Shown here: positions 20,602 to 31,285 of the stretch, piece by piece
How positions within the stretch are numbered: the stretch's first letter is position 1
Layout of the letters: the number at the start of each line of letters is the position of its first letter
Origin: a virus
Reading direction: 5' to 3' (one strand)
DNA length: 64,000 nt
Virus record (IMG/VR): IMGVR_UViG_2841231794_000007
Notes under the pieces: generated by a model
Databases searched by the model: none
Told to the model about the DNA's origin: nothing
The model's input: the letters and a program-made list of their open reading frames with translations, nothing else
Translations under genes and position numbers: made by a program

Positions 20602-21282
20602 TTATTCGTATATAGATGTATCAATATAAGGAATATGACCTTTGTAACTCCGTCCATAATTAGCCCCTCCGCCCTGCAATCCGACTGTTTTGAACAACGG
20701 TGCACTTCTTCCGTTGTATGCAGTCCCGGTGACAAAAAATATCACCGGCAAGGTGGGATCCATTGATGGAATATACAGAGACATCTCTCCTAATGCCCTC
20801 ATCAGTATCGCATTGGTATTTTTTCTGAGTTGTTGTGATGTACCATCTTCAGATGAAATATACCCGTCAATTATCAGAGGTTTTTGCCAGCCACAAAAGC
20901 TGACCTCTCCATCCTCATCATAAAACCTGGCTCCCCATTTTTGCTTTCCTTCTTTGTTTTCCACCCAGTTACCCGGCATAAACAGGTAAATCACTGAACG
21001 GGTATTTTCTGCAGTAATAATATGGTTTTGATCATTATAAGTGCCGAATCGTCCAAGAAAAACACATCCAAGCGGCGGAGTATTTGATGATGTATACATC
21101 TCGGTACTGCGGACAAAGCAAAGCGGGACAGGGTCACTGGTTCGACTTATACCTGTATCATGATATGACGCTTTATTTTTTCCTGAGCCTACGTTCATAA
21201 CACGATATAAAACGTAGCACTTTCCTGACGGGGTAAATAGTTTTCTGTTAGTAGCGTCATTAACTGTAAATCCAAATGTCAC
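20602..21282 (-). CDS. Tail-tip-associated protein
   Basis: Between J/cor and fibre; FGFTV and WGARFYDEDG repeats. Confidence 0.6.
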   Translation of the reverse strand: MTFGFTVNDATNRKLFTPSGKCYVLYRVMNVGSGKNKASYHDTGISRTSDPVPLCFVRSTEMYTSSNTPPLGCVFLGRFGTYNDQNHIITAENTRSVIYLFMPGNWVENKEGKQKWGARFYDEDGEVSFCGWQKPLIIDGYISSEDGTSQQLRKNTNAILMRALGEMSLYIPSMDPTLPVIFFVTGTAYNGRSAPLFKTVGLQGGGANYGRSYKGHIPYIDTSIYE

Positions 21283-21542
21283 AGCACCCCCATTGAAAAA
21301 ATAATAATTAACTTATTCGGTGAGACAATATTCCTCCACGAAACCGTATTACCTTTGACTGTAATATCAATACCACCGAATACCCCACTTACCGGAAAAG
21401 CATATAATTTTGCTCCGACCGGTAAATTATAAGTTTGGGAACCACTGCCGCTGATCGGCAGCAGTGGCTGGGCAAAATTAGACAGCATATAAACCGTATC
21501 ACGGCCCTGATCATCAAATGCCTTTATTCCGAATCCCGGCAT
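21279..21542 (-). CDS. Small tail-associated protein
   Basis: FGIKAFDDQG motif; position after J. Confidence 0.55.
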   Translation of the reverse strand: MPGFGIKAFDDQGRDTVYMLSNFAQPLLPISGSGSQTYNLPVGAKLYAFPVSGVFGGIDITVKGNTVSWRNIVSPNKLIIIFSMGVL

Positions 21543-21814
21543 TCCATATTCTCCAGTATACTTTCCGGTATCCAGCCTCCGGTAAATTTCACACCACTCA
21601 GACCGGATTGCTTATACCAGATCCTGTTCTGATACTTCCGGTTATCATTTTTCTTTTTCACCAGATGAAGCTTATGAACAGGTCCGGGGAACGTTGATTC
21701 ACGGTAATAAGCCACACAGTCCACATCTGTAACAGCAGGCATGCTGACAGCACACCCGGCAGCAGACAAAATAATCGCAGATAAAATAAGCACCTTAAAT
21801 TTCATAGTGTTCAT
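21524..21814 (-). CDS. Cor-like lipoprotein (putative superinfection exclusion)
   Basis: Lipobox AAGC, two further Cys, directly downstream of J as cor is in phi80/N15-like phages. Confidence 0.55.
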   Translation of the reverse strand: MNTMKFKVLILSAIILSAAGCAVSMPAVTDVDCVAYYRESTFPGPVHKLHLVKKKNDNRKYQNRIWYKQSGLSGVKFTGGWIPESILENMECRDSE

Positions 21815-24800
21815 CCTGTTAATCTTCCGATTTCAACTCTCAGACGACCTTTTTCATCCCACACACGGATCTGGTCATTCTTAATTTCCATCCTGCCACC
21901 GGAGGTATCAGAACCATTTATTTCCATTTTCCCGGTTTTCGCATCAATCAGGAATCCTGTTTTACCCGGCGCGTAGTTCTCTGACTGCATTTTGTCAGTG
22001 ACAACCACACTGTTAAGCCATGCCTGATTAATGAACGCCTCACGCATAAAGACCTGTCCGTCCTTCATGTACATAAACATGTCCATCGATTTTTTCACCG
22101 GATTATAAAATGCAAAATGCTGCGCGTTAAACCCGATAAGCGTGCTCACCTGACCGCCTTTCAGCTCTGCCCCGATAACCATACCGGCGGAATAATCCTC
22201 ACCGTTATAACGGATCCGGACTTTCATATCGTGGACCACCGATGCCTGACCGGATGCCATATCCCACTGCGCATGGATGGAGTTCTGCGCCAGCGCCAGA
22301 CCGTCTTCTGCTTTAACCTGTACCGCATCCAGTTTCTCTGCAAGTGCCGTTGTTTCCGTAACCGTGTAGTTGCGGACTTCGATGATTTCCGCTTTCATCG
22401 CACCGTTTTCACGCTGCCAGTAACCCCACTGACCGTAAACGTTATTGGCGTTGTTGATAATGGCCTCGAAGTTATCATTCGCCTGAGACTGCAGGTCTTT
22501 AATGATGGCTGAGTCTTCGAGCTCTTTTTGCACTACATCGAATATTTCATCGGCATGGTTATTGGACTGACCTTTTTCTTCAATAAAATGAGACTTACCA
22601 TACTCATTAATACTTCGGATATAAAACCAGTAATCATGTCCGGGCTTTAACTGACCTTTTGACCATACTTTTGCCCTGCCAAGGAATTCAGCCTCCTGTT
22701 CAATGTTATTAATGTTGGTGATTCTTTGCTCGCCGGAAAACCAAAATTCAAACTCAGTATTCAGTGTGTGCGGGGCACTGATATGTGGTATCAATTTCAC
22801 CTCAAAGAAGCCTGACTCAACTCTGATAAACGAAGGGGCCGCTGGTGCACCAATAACCATCAGCACTGTCGACTCGCTTCCCAGCATTCCATTTTTATCT
22901 TTGCCGCGTACGCCAACCTGATATTCCCCAGCGGCCAATCCGTTGAAATAATATTCAAGATCAGACGTTTCACCAGTAAAGACAACCTTGTCATCTTTAT
23001 AAACAGAAACAACGTAAGAAATATTGCGGTTAGCGGTTGCCATGGCCCACATAACTCTGGCCTGAACCTGAGAGCTGTCATTGATATAAGCTACGGAAAG
23101 GCGTTCAATGTCAGGGATTCGAACCGTATTTTGTGCAGGCGGATTGCCGGTGAAATTAACACCATCATCAACAATGCGCTCCTTTTTTGGTTCATGGAGA
23201 ATACAGTTAAACTGATAGTTACCGTCTTTATCTTCAGTAATAGTCAGTACCCGGAACATTCGCGTAATCAGCGTGTTTTTCGATACAGAAAACACACCGA
23301 ATTTTTGCAGTCCGGCTGGTTCGCTCTTCAGGATAACAATATCGCCATCTACTGATGATATTTCTGTTCTGATGAACTTCCCGCTGCCGCCGAGGTACGC
23401 AAAATATCCCTTATCACCAGAAGACCATTTTATAGGTGCATCTGTTTTTACTCTGCTGCCAACAACATCTAAAACCCGGCCACCGACTTTTGAACCCGCA
23501 AATGAATCATCCGCTATTTCAATGATGTCACCCGGAAGACAATTAATACCCTCCCTGAAAGTCGTGAATGTTACACTTTCAGTCTCAAGCTTCTCTGTTT
23601 CCAGAATCCATTTACCAACACGATGAGCCTGCCCCCTGCTGGTGCAACCGAAAGCCGTTACTTTCTTAACATTCAGTCCGCCAAATCTTATGATCTGACC
23701 ATCATCCTGTATAAACTCCCTCTCTTCCTTCCAGCCGTTATCCGGGTTAATCCATGAAACTTCAACTGCATTATGCCTTGCACTTTTAGCTGTTGATGTA
23801 TAATTGAATTTCCCGCCGATAACATTTGAGTTTGTGTATGTCCATTCCGGATCTGCGGGCCTGTCCTGAAAGCAAGTTAACTGCACTCCATCCCATAAAG
23901 GCATTCCGCGAAATACGGATGCCAAATCATCAATAACGTCTTTCGCTTTCCGCTGTGAGGTAATATAGGCATTGAAAGTAAATCGTGGCTCTTTGCCGCC
24001 AAACCCATCCGAAACCATTTCATCGCAATACCTGGCTATCGCATACAAAGCAAACCGGTCACAACCAAAACGCCCCATCACGGAACCAATCCCGTAACGC
24101 TCATTGGTCACCAGATCGTAAAAAATCCATGCGGGATTGTCTGTCCATGCAGGCTTAAACCTCCCCGTCCATATACCGTTATAGCTGCGGGTTTCCGGGT
24201 CATAATTATCCGGGACCTGAACAATCAGCCCTTTGATATGATATGTACGTTTAGGCGTGTCACCATACTGAGATTTATCAATGCTCATACCAACCACAGC
24301 GGAGTTTGGGTATGAAAATTTAGCATCCGTAATTTCTGTATAGCTGGCCCACACCGTCCCGTTTTTAAGAAGGTCACTTTTACTGTCATCAGTGAGGCGC
24401 GATACTCTTATCTGAAACGGCTTTTGCTTTGGCGCGTTAATAATATGTGATTCAAGGTACTGACCACTTATTTTCCCGGGACCTATTGTGATTGTTTTTT
24501 CTGTCACCCATCCGCTGCCAGCATTAATCTCGACAAGCATCTGAACAGAAGTGTTTTCCTGGTTGCCTTTGTTGTCCTGTTTTACCAGCGCCGAAACACC
24601 TAATGTAAAGCGAATGCGATCGACTTCCTGATCAGATACCGTACGCAATATCGGTGTTTCTTTTTTCACTTCCACGTTTACAGGTATTTCTTTCTCAACA
24701 AACGGGAAACCATCGAGCGGAGACTGAGACTGCGTACCCGATCTCCACTGAACCTCGACCCCGCGAATATTCGGATTACCTTGTTTATCGACTATAGGCG

Positions 24801-24948
24801 TTCCGTTCAGCAGGAATCCCTGCATTCCGCCAACCGGTCCTTCTATAGGACCTTCTGACACCAAATCAATAATGTTGAGAAATTGCTTATTTTTCAGGTT
24901 GTCATCAACCAGATTCGGCGTGCTTCCGCCGCCACCACCTTTGCCCAT
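21811..24948 (-). CDS. Central tail tip / host specificity protein J
   Basis: MGKGGGGG...IDLVSEGPIEG; WTDNPAW; 1045 aa. Confidence 0.95.
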   Translation of the reverse strand: MGKGGGGGSTPNLVDDNLKNKQFLNIIDLVSEGPIEGPVGGMQGFLLNGTPIVDKQGNPNIRGVEVQWRSGTQSQSPLDGFPFVEKEIPVNVEVKKETPILRTVSDQEVDRIRFTLGVSALVKQDNKGNQENTSVQMLVEINAGSGWVTEKTITIGPGKISGQYLESHIINAPKQKPFQIRVSRLTDDSKSDLLKNGTVWASYTEITDAKFSYPNSAVVGMSIDKSQYGDTPKRTYHIKGLIVQVPDNYDPETRSYNGIWTGRFKPAWTDNPAWIFYDLVTNERYGIGSVMGRFGCDRFALYAIARYCDEMVSDGFGGKEPRFTFNAYITSQRKAKDVIDDLASVFRGMPLWDGVQLTCFQDRPADPEWTYTNSNVIGGKFNYTSTAKSARHNAVEVSWINPDNGWKEEREFIQDDGQIIRFGGLNVKKVTAFGCTSRGQAHRVGKWILETEKLETESVTFTTFREGINCLPGDIIEIADDSFAGSKVGGRVLDVVGSRVKTDAPIKWSSGDKGYFAYLGGSGKFIRTEISSVDGDIVILKSEPAGLQKFGVFSVSKNTLITRMFRVLTITEDKDGNYQFNCILHEPKKERIVDDGVNFTGNPPAQNTVRIPDIERLSVAYINDSSQVQARVMWAMATANRNISYVVSVYKDDKVVFTGETSDLEYYFNGLAAGEYQVGVRGKDKNGMLGSESTVLMVIGAPAAPSFIRVESGFFEVKLIPHISAPHTLNTEFEFWFSGEQRITNINNIEQEAEFLGRAKVWSKGQLKPGHDYWFYIRSINEYGKSHFIEEKGQSNNHADEIFDVVQKELEDSAIIKDLQSQANDNFEAIINNANNVYGQWGYWQRENGAMKAEIIEVRNYTVTETTALAEKLDAVQVKAEDGLALAQNSIHAQWDMASGQASVVHDMKVRIRYNGEDYSAGMVIGAELKGGQVSTLIGFNAQHFAFYNPVKKSMDMFMYMKDGQVFMREAFINQAWLNSVVVTDKMQSENYAPGKTGFLIDAKTGKMEINGSDTSGGRMEIKNDQIRVWDEKGRLRVEIGRLTG

Positions 24949-25530
24949 TTATACTGTCTCCAACCCCTGTGAAATCACATTTGAGCCAACCACCATCTCT
25001 CCATAACAAAGCGGAACGGGATATCCTTGCCCGATTCTGTTGGAAAGTGAGCTGAAATACTGGTTACTTTCTGAATTGCCTCCACTGAAATTTGGTGCGC
25101 CCGGTGTTCTTGTCAGCATCGTTGCCACCCCTGCTGCCGCTATCCCGACACCGGCAGCAAACATAGCCGTCGATGTCATCGTTGCCAGAAAACCGCCCGG
25201 AATAAAGAATGCCCCGGCAATTAGCGCTGCGCCGCCGATAATGCCAAGGAAGCCACCTGATTTTGCGCCACCTATAACCGGCACTATCGTGATAACATCA
25301 TTATCATTAAGTGGGGTGTTTAATCCTGCCACTATGCAGTCCTCAGTCATATCATGACCGGCAACGCGTACCCTGAACTGCCCATGGTTTATTTCCCGTT
25401 TTAATCCGTCAATCTGATAACACAGACATCTTAACGCCTCACCTGCGCTGCTGACCTCTAATTCAAACCGGCGTCCATATCGGCGTAAATAGCCAGCAAA
25501 CTGTAGTCTGACCACTGTTTGTGCCTCCAT
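24949..25530 (-). CDS. Tail assembly protein I
   Basis: GQGYPVPLCYGEMVVGS motif. Confidence 0.9.
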   Translation of the reverse strand: MEAQTVVRLQFAGYLRRYGRRFELEVSSAGEALRCLCYQIDGLKREINHGQFRVRVAGHDMTEDCIVAGLNTPLNDNDVITIVPVIGGAKSGGFLGIIGGAALIAGAFFIPGGFLATMTSTAMFAAGVGIAAAGVATMLTRTPGAPNFSGGNSESNQYFSSLSNRIGQGYPVPLCYGEMVVGSNVISQGLETV

Positions 25531-26171
25531 ATGCTGTGTGTGAATTTAAACCAGTAGCCACCGTAAACATCTCGCTTACTCAAACGATCAGGGCGATGAT
25601 GAAGAATCTCCTGATTACCGATATATAGCGCCGCATGACAAGGTTTTGATGTGCCCAGGCAGATAAGAATAACGTCGCCATCCTGTACTTCATCAACCTG
25701 ATAAAAACCCTGTCCGGAAATGTTATCCAGATACAGATTGTCACCGGTGTACCACCAATTATCATGTCGCTCAAAGTTATCAAGACTGATGCCGCACAAA
25801 TGGTAAGCATCCCGGATAATGCTGTAGCAGTCCTGCACACCGTGATTAAACTCACGCCCCAGCAATCGCGGAACAGGATTAAATTTCAGTAACCGGTCAT
25901 CACAAACGAGCCACCACGGTAATCCGGTTTTAACCTGCATATCCCTGTCGCCCGCGCTTAAAAATGGCAGTCCAGCCGGATGACTGTGCACGACAGCTTC
26001 CACTTCTGCATGACTCTCAGCTCTCAGCCATTCCTCTGAGCTGATTTCAAAATAATTTTCCGGGTCAGGGTGAATATTGGTACACGGGAAATAAATTCCT
26101 CCTGAAACCAGCCCACACGACTCCCTCACACCTTCCGTTGTTGCATGTGCGATAATGTTACTTTCAATCAT
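25458..26171 (-). CDS. Tail assembly protein K (JAB + NlpC/P60)
   Basis: ESCG, HSHP, DCYSI, HAALY. Confidence 0.92.
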   Translation of the reverse strand: MIESNIIAHATTEGVRESCGLVSGGIYFPCTNIHPDPENYFEISSEEWLRAESHAEVEAVVHSHPAGLPFLSAGDRDMQVKTGLPWWLVCDDRLLKFNPVPRLLGREFNHGVQDCYSIIRDAYHLCGISLDNFERHDNWWYTGDNLYLDNISGQGFYQVDEVQDGDVILICLGTSKPCHAALYIGNQEILHHRPDRLSKRDVYGGYWFKFTHSIWRHKQWSDYSLLAIYADMDAGLN

Positions 26172-26174
26172 GGG

Positions 26175-26873
26175 TTAACCTAGTTTGTTGGAGCCGAGAA
26201 ACCCACCGAACGGCAATACTGAGGAGTGGCGAAGTTTGCAGCCACGGTACTTATGAGAGCACTGATCTTTTGTCGGGTCATTGGTCGGCTGATCCTTTTC
26301 GTCTGCGACAGGAGGCCCGTCATACCCGCAATCCTGTCCACGATATCGCCACGGGCATATATCAGCCTGAATAACCCGAGCGGGAATTTGTGCATTATCT
26401 GTTTCTGTCGGCAGCGCCAGCACATATGTAACGAAATCTGAGTCTGAATTTTCACGTTGCTCAATGACAAATTTCTGTACAGCCTCACGGGACGGATCTG
26501 CCTGATTGTTTCCATCCGGAAAATTTACCGCATCAAGATATTGCTCCATAACCTGCCGTCTGGTAACAATCGCCCCCAGTGCGTCGTCATAATCGTTATT
26601 GATTGCAGTCAGCAACCCATCAATGTTGGCGAATGTCATCTTCGGCCTTGCTGACGCTCCCTGCGCTGTCATGCTGAGTCCGGTTACCTGAACCGGATAC
26701 GGATCATATCGGTTACCCTGCCAAATCACCGGTTTCAACAGGCCGTTCATTCCGTCATGAAAGCGGTATACATTCCCGCCGAAGCGACTTAAATCCACCT
26801 CATACAAATCAAGCATTGCTGATTGTTCAATCTGAGTAACCGCAATCCGCATATCTGCCGGAATATCTCTCAC
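26175..26873 (-). CDS. Minor tail protein L
   Basis: CPWRYRGQDCGY...CSHKYRGC...PFGGF. Confidence 0.93.
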   Translation of the reverse strand: MRDIPADMRIAVTQIEQSAMLDLYEVDLSRFGGNVYRFHDGMNGLLKPVIWQGNRYDPYPVQVTGLSMTAQGASARPKMTFANIDGLLTAINNDYDDALGAIVTRRQVMEQYLDAVNFPDGNNQADPSREAVQKFVIEQRENSDSDFVTYVLALPTETDNAQIPARVIQADICPWRYRGQDCGYDGPPVADEKDQPTNDPTKDQCSHKYRGCKLRHSSVLPFGGFLGSNKLG

Positions 26874-27199
26874 GCAACCACCTCCTCAAATACACAATCA
26901 ATCTGCCAGACAGACTGTTTCCTCGTTACCTGCCAGCTACGGCACACGAATGTCCGCAGGGTTTTGTCATCCCCTGTCAGCCACAGGAATGATTCCACTG
27001 CCCCACGCTGACTGAGAAAATTATCTATTTCACGTCCGACAGAAACCGGTTTGATGAATGCCAGGTTATATGTTTTAAGGTGATTATTGATTCCGTCTTT
27101 GGCTCTCTGCTCGTAGCCATTGCCGAATTTTGCAACCCTGACCTTCGGTTCATTATTAATTTGGCAGGCATCCTCAGGACGCCATTTAAATTCATCCAT
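26870..27199 (-). CDS. Minor tail protein M
   Basis: KFGNGYEQR...FEEV. Confidence 0.92.
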   Translation of the reverse strand: MDEFKWRPEDACQINNEPKVRVAKFGNGYEQRAKDGINNHLKTYNLAFIKPVSVGREIDNFLSQRGAVESFLWLTGDDKTLRTFVCRSWQVTRKQSVWQIDCVFEEVVA

Positions 27200-27238
27200 T
27201 TATCGGTTCCATTAAAAAAGCCACCGTACTGGTGGCTG

Positions 27239-30200
27239 TTAATAGCGCTGATTACCTTGTATTGCACCGCTTCTGATTTCTGTCATCAGAACGTCATATA
27301 CAGTACCTTTAACCATCCTGGTTATCATTGTTGCTTCCTTTTCTGTCATGCCATTGGGAGCCTGAACCTGAAAATTGAAGTACATATCCCCCATGCTGAC
27401 ACCACCATCGCCACCCATCTGCCGGTTACTGATTACTTTTCCGCTGTCACCGGGGATCATGTACTGATGACCGTTCGATGCCTTGAATATTTCAGGCTGC
27501 CCATTCTCACCAACGCGATACATTTTGTTAGCGTCAACGGGGCCACCGTTATAACGGGCACCGGCGACAGCCATTGTTTTACTCGCCGCCATGGCTGACA
27601 TGTAAGACGCTGAACCGGCTGTAACCGCCGCCCCCATCGTTGCAATAGCAACACTCATTGCCGCTGGAGCCCATGCTGATTGTACTGCCACGGCCTGAGC
27701 AACAGTAGATGCCTGCGCTGCTGTTGACATGGCCTCACCAACAACCATATTTTTAATCTGCTGCATCCCCATCTGAACTAACGCCCCTACAGCCTCATCA
27801 ACAATGGTTGACGCTACATTACGGAATGCATCATTAAGACTCTGTGCGCCGGTAATAAGCCCTGTCAGTACGTTGGATGAGCGCTGACCGAGAGCATCAA
27901 GACCATCTGCGAGAAACTGATTGGCCTGACTCTGATTACGCCAGATTTCCCACTGAGCATTCAGTCTTGCTTCCTCATACTCAGTGTTTGCTGCATTTAT
28001 CAGCGCAAGACTTTGCTGTGCCGTAATAACTTTCTGATTTTCAAAATCTTTAATCAGTGCCAACTTCTGAGCGTGCTCATTAGCCAGCGCCTGAACAGGA
28101 TCAACCTGAGCCACCATATCCTGAACAGGAGTGACGGCTGATTTTGCATTTATCTCTGCCGTTTTTCTGGCGTGTTCCGCTTTTAACTCAATGCTGCGTT
28201 TCTGATACTGCTCCTCGGTGATGAGGTTGCCTTTCAGTTGCCGTTCAAGCTGCTCACCGGCATGTTTGATGTCCTGATCAACTTTTGCCTGAGGGTTTTG
28301 CTCAAAAGCCTCTTTTCGGTCTTTGATTTTCTGCGTAAGGTCGTACTCTTTACCGGCCAGTGCTGTAACTTCGGCGATCTGAGCAGAATTAGCTTTTGAA
28401 CCAAGCTTCTGTACTGCTTCAAGAATTGCAGCCTCGCGGGACAGCCCTTTTGTTTCCAGCTCTGCAACTTTCGTCGCATTAGCCAGGTCGGTTATCTTCT
28501 GTTTGAATTTTTCCGCTTCTGTTGCTTCTTTTTTTGCTTCGGATACCGCCTCCCTTGATATTTTAATACCGGTTTTTTTTGCTTCGCTTGCCTCGCCAGC
28601 TTTAGCAGCTAATTCAGCAAGTTTTTTAGCTTCCTGCTCTGATATCCCTTTATCTTCAACATAATACTTGACCTGTAATTGACGCCTTACTACGTCATCC
28701 TTCGCTCCAGCCATTTCAATTTCACGTTCAAGCGTCTTTTTCATGTCAGCGCCAGCATCTGACCATTCAACTTTCAGGCTTGCTGAATTGAACTTTTGTT
28801 TTGCTTTTGTGGCTCCGTCAAGGTCAAGCCCGTAAGCGCGAAGTGCTGCTCCGGCATTAGGTAGCAAAGTACTCGCCTCTCGCTTTAGCAGCTCCTCGCC
28901 CTGCAACAATTCCCCGTTTAACTTCGCTTGCGCTGCACTGATAAAATTCACAGTCTTGCTTCTGTCATTTTGCACGCGCTCAAGATTGGCTTCTGCTTTT
29001 GCTAATTTTCTGGATATTATTTCGAGGTTCTCCTGGGTACTGCCAAAGTGTAATACCCCATCAGAATATGCTTTGTATGCTGTTTTGAGATTTTTAACCT
29101 CCTGCTCTGCAGAGCGCTGAGCATCCGTCAGAACTTCGAGCTCGTCCCTGGCATCTGCTATTTTTGCTGCCAGTTCGGTGCGAGACATTTTATCCATGCT
29201 GGCACGCAATTCATTTAGTGAATCAGCAAACTCTTGTGCTGATCTTTTTGCTTCTTCAGCTTTTTGGAAAAAATAATACACAGCGGCTCCGGCCAACATC
29301 GCAGCACCAACCGGTCCACCAATCAAGGATAGAGCTTTGCTTGCCAACCCACTTGCAACGTTAAGTCTGTTCTGTGCCGCAGCGAGACTATTTGTAGCTG
29401 CGGTTTCCTGCTGTGTTAATCCTGTTATTACTGCTGAGTTTACTGCCAATTCACGGCGAATTCTGGTTCTCTGCGCTTCAGTAGTGGCTGCTGCCAGCTG
29501 CGCACCCAGCGACTGCTGAACTGTCACAGCCAGAGTCTTCTCAGCTGCAATTCTGTTGATGGTTGCCGTGGCGGCTTCGATCTCAACTCTGACCGCTTGT
29601 TTTGTCGCCGCCATATCGGCAAGTGTCTCTTTAACTTTCTTTGCCTGAGCGGTAGCTGATAGCGTAAGAGCTCCAACATATCTAGACCCCATGACACCGG
29701 CTGCAATAAGCAATACGTTAGTCAGTGATTCCAGATTGTTGCTGGCAGATACGGTAGCATCGTTGAAGATGTTTATAAATGTCTTAACAGTGGTGTTCTC
29801 GCCAAAGAATTTAGTAATATTATTACTGGCGATCTGAAGAGACTGCGACATTGTTTGTGTTGTATTCGCAAACTCCTTCTCAATAGCTGGTCCCATTTCA
29901 CGGAATGCTTTTAACAGTACATCCGTGGTTAATTTGCCTTCTGCGGCCATCGCCCTCAGCTTGCCGATGCTGACACCCAGTGAATCCGCAAGTCCTTTCA
30001 TCAGTGCCGGAGCCTGTTCACTCATTGAGTTAAATTCCTGCCCGCGCAGTACACCAGATGCCAGTGCCTGTGATAACTGGACAAGTGCACCTTCTGATTC
30101 TGCTGCTGTGGCACCTGAAACGGTCATTGCCTTTGAGATAGTGGTGGTTATCTGCCCTAACTCTTCGCCGCTGAGCCCGGCACTGCGCATCGCTCTTTCC

Positions 30201-30562
30201 AGTCGTGAATACAGCGTTGCGATACTGTCAAGGCTTGAACGACTGTTCTGAGCAATATCAAACACGCGCTGATTCACCACCGCCAGCGTCTCTCCGGCCT
30301 TTATGGAGTTGACGAGTTTGTTATTCAGCACCGTCCAAGCTTCCGCGTAACTGGTAACGGCTGATACAGACAAGTAAGCAGTCAGAGATGCGGCAACCCG
30401 TGACAAGGCAGCCATTGACCGCTCTGTACCATTGACGGAGGTCGTTGTGCGGTTAAATCCGCCCTCCATATTTCTCAGTCGCTGATCCAGTTGACGCTGT
30501 GATGTCAGCAACTGAGCAACATCCATCTGCACCTGATATACGATTTCGCCTACTTGTGCCAT
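27239..30562 (-). CDS. Tape measure protein
   Basis: 1107 aa, Ala-rich, LRGQEFNSMSEQ motif. Confidence 0.93.
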   Translation of the reverse strand: MAQVGEIVYQVQMDVAQLLTSQRQLDQRLRNMEGGFNRTTTSVNGTERSMAALSRVAASLTAYLSVSAVTSYAEAWTVLNNKLVNSIKAGETLAVVNQRVFDIAQNSRSSLDSIATLYSRLERAMRSAGLSGEELGQITTTISKAMTVSGATAAESEGALVQLSQALASGVLRGQEFNSMSEQAPALMKGLADSLGVSIGKLRAMAAEGKLTTDVLLKAFREMGPAIEKEFANTTQTMSQSLQIASNNITKFFGENTTVKTFINIFNDATVSASNNLESLTNVLLIAAGVMGSRYVGALTLSATAQAKKVKETLADMAATKQAVRVEIEAATATINRIAAEKTLAVTVQQSLGAQLAAATTEAQRTRIRRELAVNSAVITGLTQQETAATNSLAAAQNRLNVASGLASKALSLIGGPVGAAMLAGAAVYYFFQKAEEAKRSAQEFADSLNELRASMDKMSRTELAAKIADARDELEVLTDAQRSAEQEVKNLKTAYKAYSDGVLHFGSTQENLEIISRKLAKAEANLERVQNDRSKTVNFISAAQAKLNGELLQGEELLKREASTLLPNAGAALRAYGLDLDGATKAKQKFNSASLKVEWSDAGADMKKTLEREIEMAGAKDDVVRRQLQVKYYVEDKGISEQEAKKLAELAAKAGEASEAKKTGIKISREAVSEAKKEATEAEKFKQKITDLANATKVAELETKGLSREAAILEAVQKLGSKANSAQIAEVTALAGKEYDLTQKIKDRKEAFEQNPQAKVDQDIKHAGEQLERQLKGNLITEEQYQKRSIELKAEHARKTAEINAKSAVTPVQDMVAQVDPVQALANEHAQKLALIKDFENQKVITAQQSLALINAANTEYEEARLNAQWEIWRNQSQANQFLADGLDALGQRSSNVLTGLITGAQSLNDAFRNVASTIVDEAVGALVQMGMQQIKNMVVGEAMSTAAQASTVAQAVAVQSAWAPAAMSVAIATMGAAVTAGSASYMSAMAASKTMAVAGARYNGGPVDANKMYRVGENGQPEIFKASNGHQYMIPGDSGKVISNRQMGGDGGVSMGDMYFNFQVQAPNGMTEKEATMITRMVKGTVYDVLMTEIRSGAIQGNQRY

Positions 30563-30625
30563 TTACCGGCTCCTTAAAATGAAAAACCCTGCCGAGTGGC
30601 AGGGTTTGCGTCATAATTTGTAACT

Positions 30626-30810
30626 CTATATTTTCCAGCCACAAGCAGTCGATACACCATCAATAACGTTATCTATGCCTGACAAATCAAACTCTGAAAT
30701 TAGCTGTAATTTGCCATATGGGCTGTATCCGACAATAAGCTCTTTTTTGCCGTGTAGGCTTTTAATAAAAGACAGTGCTTTAGGTGGAAATGCAGCATCA
30801 CCACCCTCAA
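30626..30810 (-). pseudogene. C-terminal fragment resembling TagO/VasI-like proteins
   Basis: Manual translation GGDAAFPPKALSFIKSLHGKKELIVGYSPYGKLQLISEFDLSGIDNVIDGVSTACGWKI*; no start. Confidence 0.4.
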
Positions 30811-30850
30811 TAATTAGTTTTCTTTATATTAATAAAAATCAGAGCGAACG

Positions 30851-31129
30851 CTATTTGTTCTCGTCTTTTTTATACTGTTCGTCACTCATTCTTTCCGCTG
30901 CTTTCTTCGTCATTTTCTCAATAAGGTCATTAAGCTCAGAAATTTGCTGAGCTAAAGCGGCCAGTCCTTCTGCTGGTGAAGACGGGAAATCCATGCTTAC
31001 CCACATTTCAAGGGCTGCATTAATTTCGGCATTTACGGGGCGTTTATTTTTCTCAGCTAAAGCGACGACCTTCTCCTTCAGCTCTGGTGGAATCCTAACA
31101 TTAAACTGAGGGTTTCTTCGTGTAGTCAT
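30851..31129 (-). CDS. Arc/Mnt-family ribbon-helix-helix repressor
   Basis: PQFNVRIPPELKEKV...RPVNAEI. Confidence 0.88.
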   Translation of the reverse strand: MTTRRNPQFNVRIPPELKEKVVALAEKNKRPVNAEINAALEMWVSMDFPSSPAEGLAALAQQISELNDLIEKMTKKAAERMSDEQYKKDENK

Positions 31130-31156
31130 TGACCTAACCTTGTTCTAAATATCGTG

Positions 31157-31212
31157 TTGACATAGTAGCCCAAGGATACTAACATTTCAATATTGGTAGC
31201 CATCGGCTACTA
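31157..31212 (+). promoter_or_regulatory. Pant-like promoter with two palindromic operators
   Basis: TTGACA-17bp-TAACAT; TAGTAGCCCAAGGATACTA and TGGTAGCCATCGGCTACTA. Confidence 0.6.
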
Positions 31213-31217
31213 TAAAC

Positions 31218-31285
31218 AGCGAAGCCCCAACTGCGGTAACAGTCAGGGCTTCAATTTTTGCCAGAAACTGCGAGGTAACTAGCAT
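31218..31285 (-). ncRNA. sar: sar-like antisense RNA to antirepressor
   Basis: GAAGCCCCAACTGCGGTAACAGTCAGGGCTTC hairpin directly upstream of the ant start, as in P22 immI. Confidence 0.6.
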
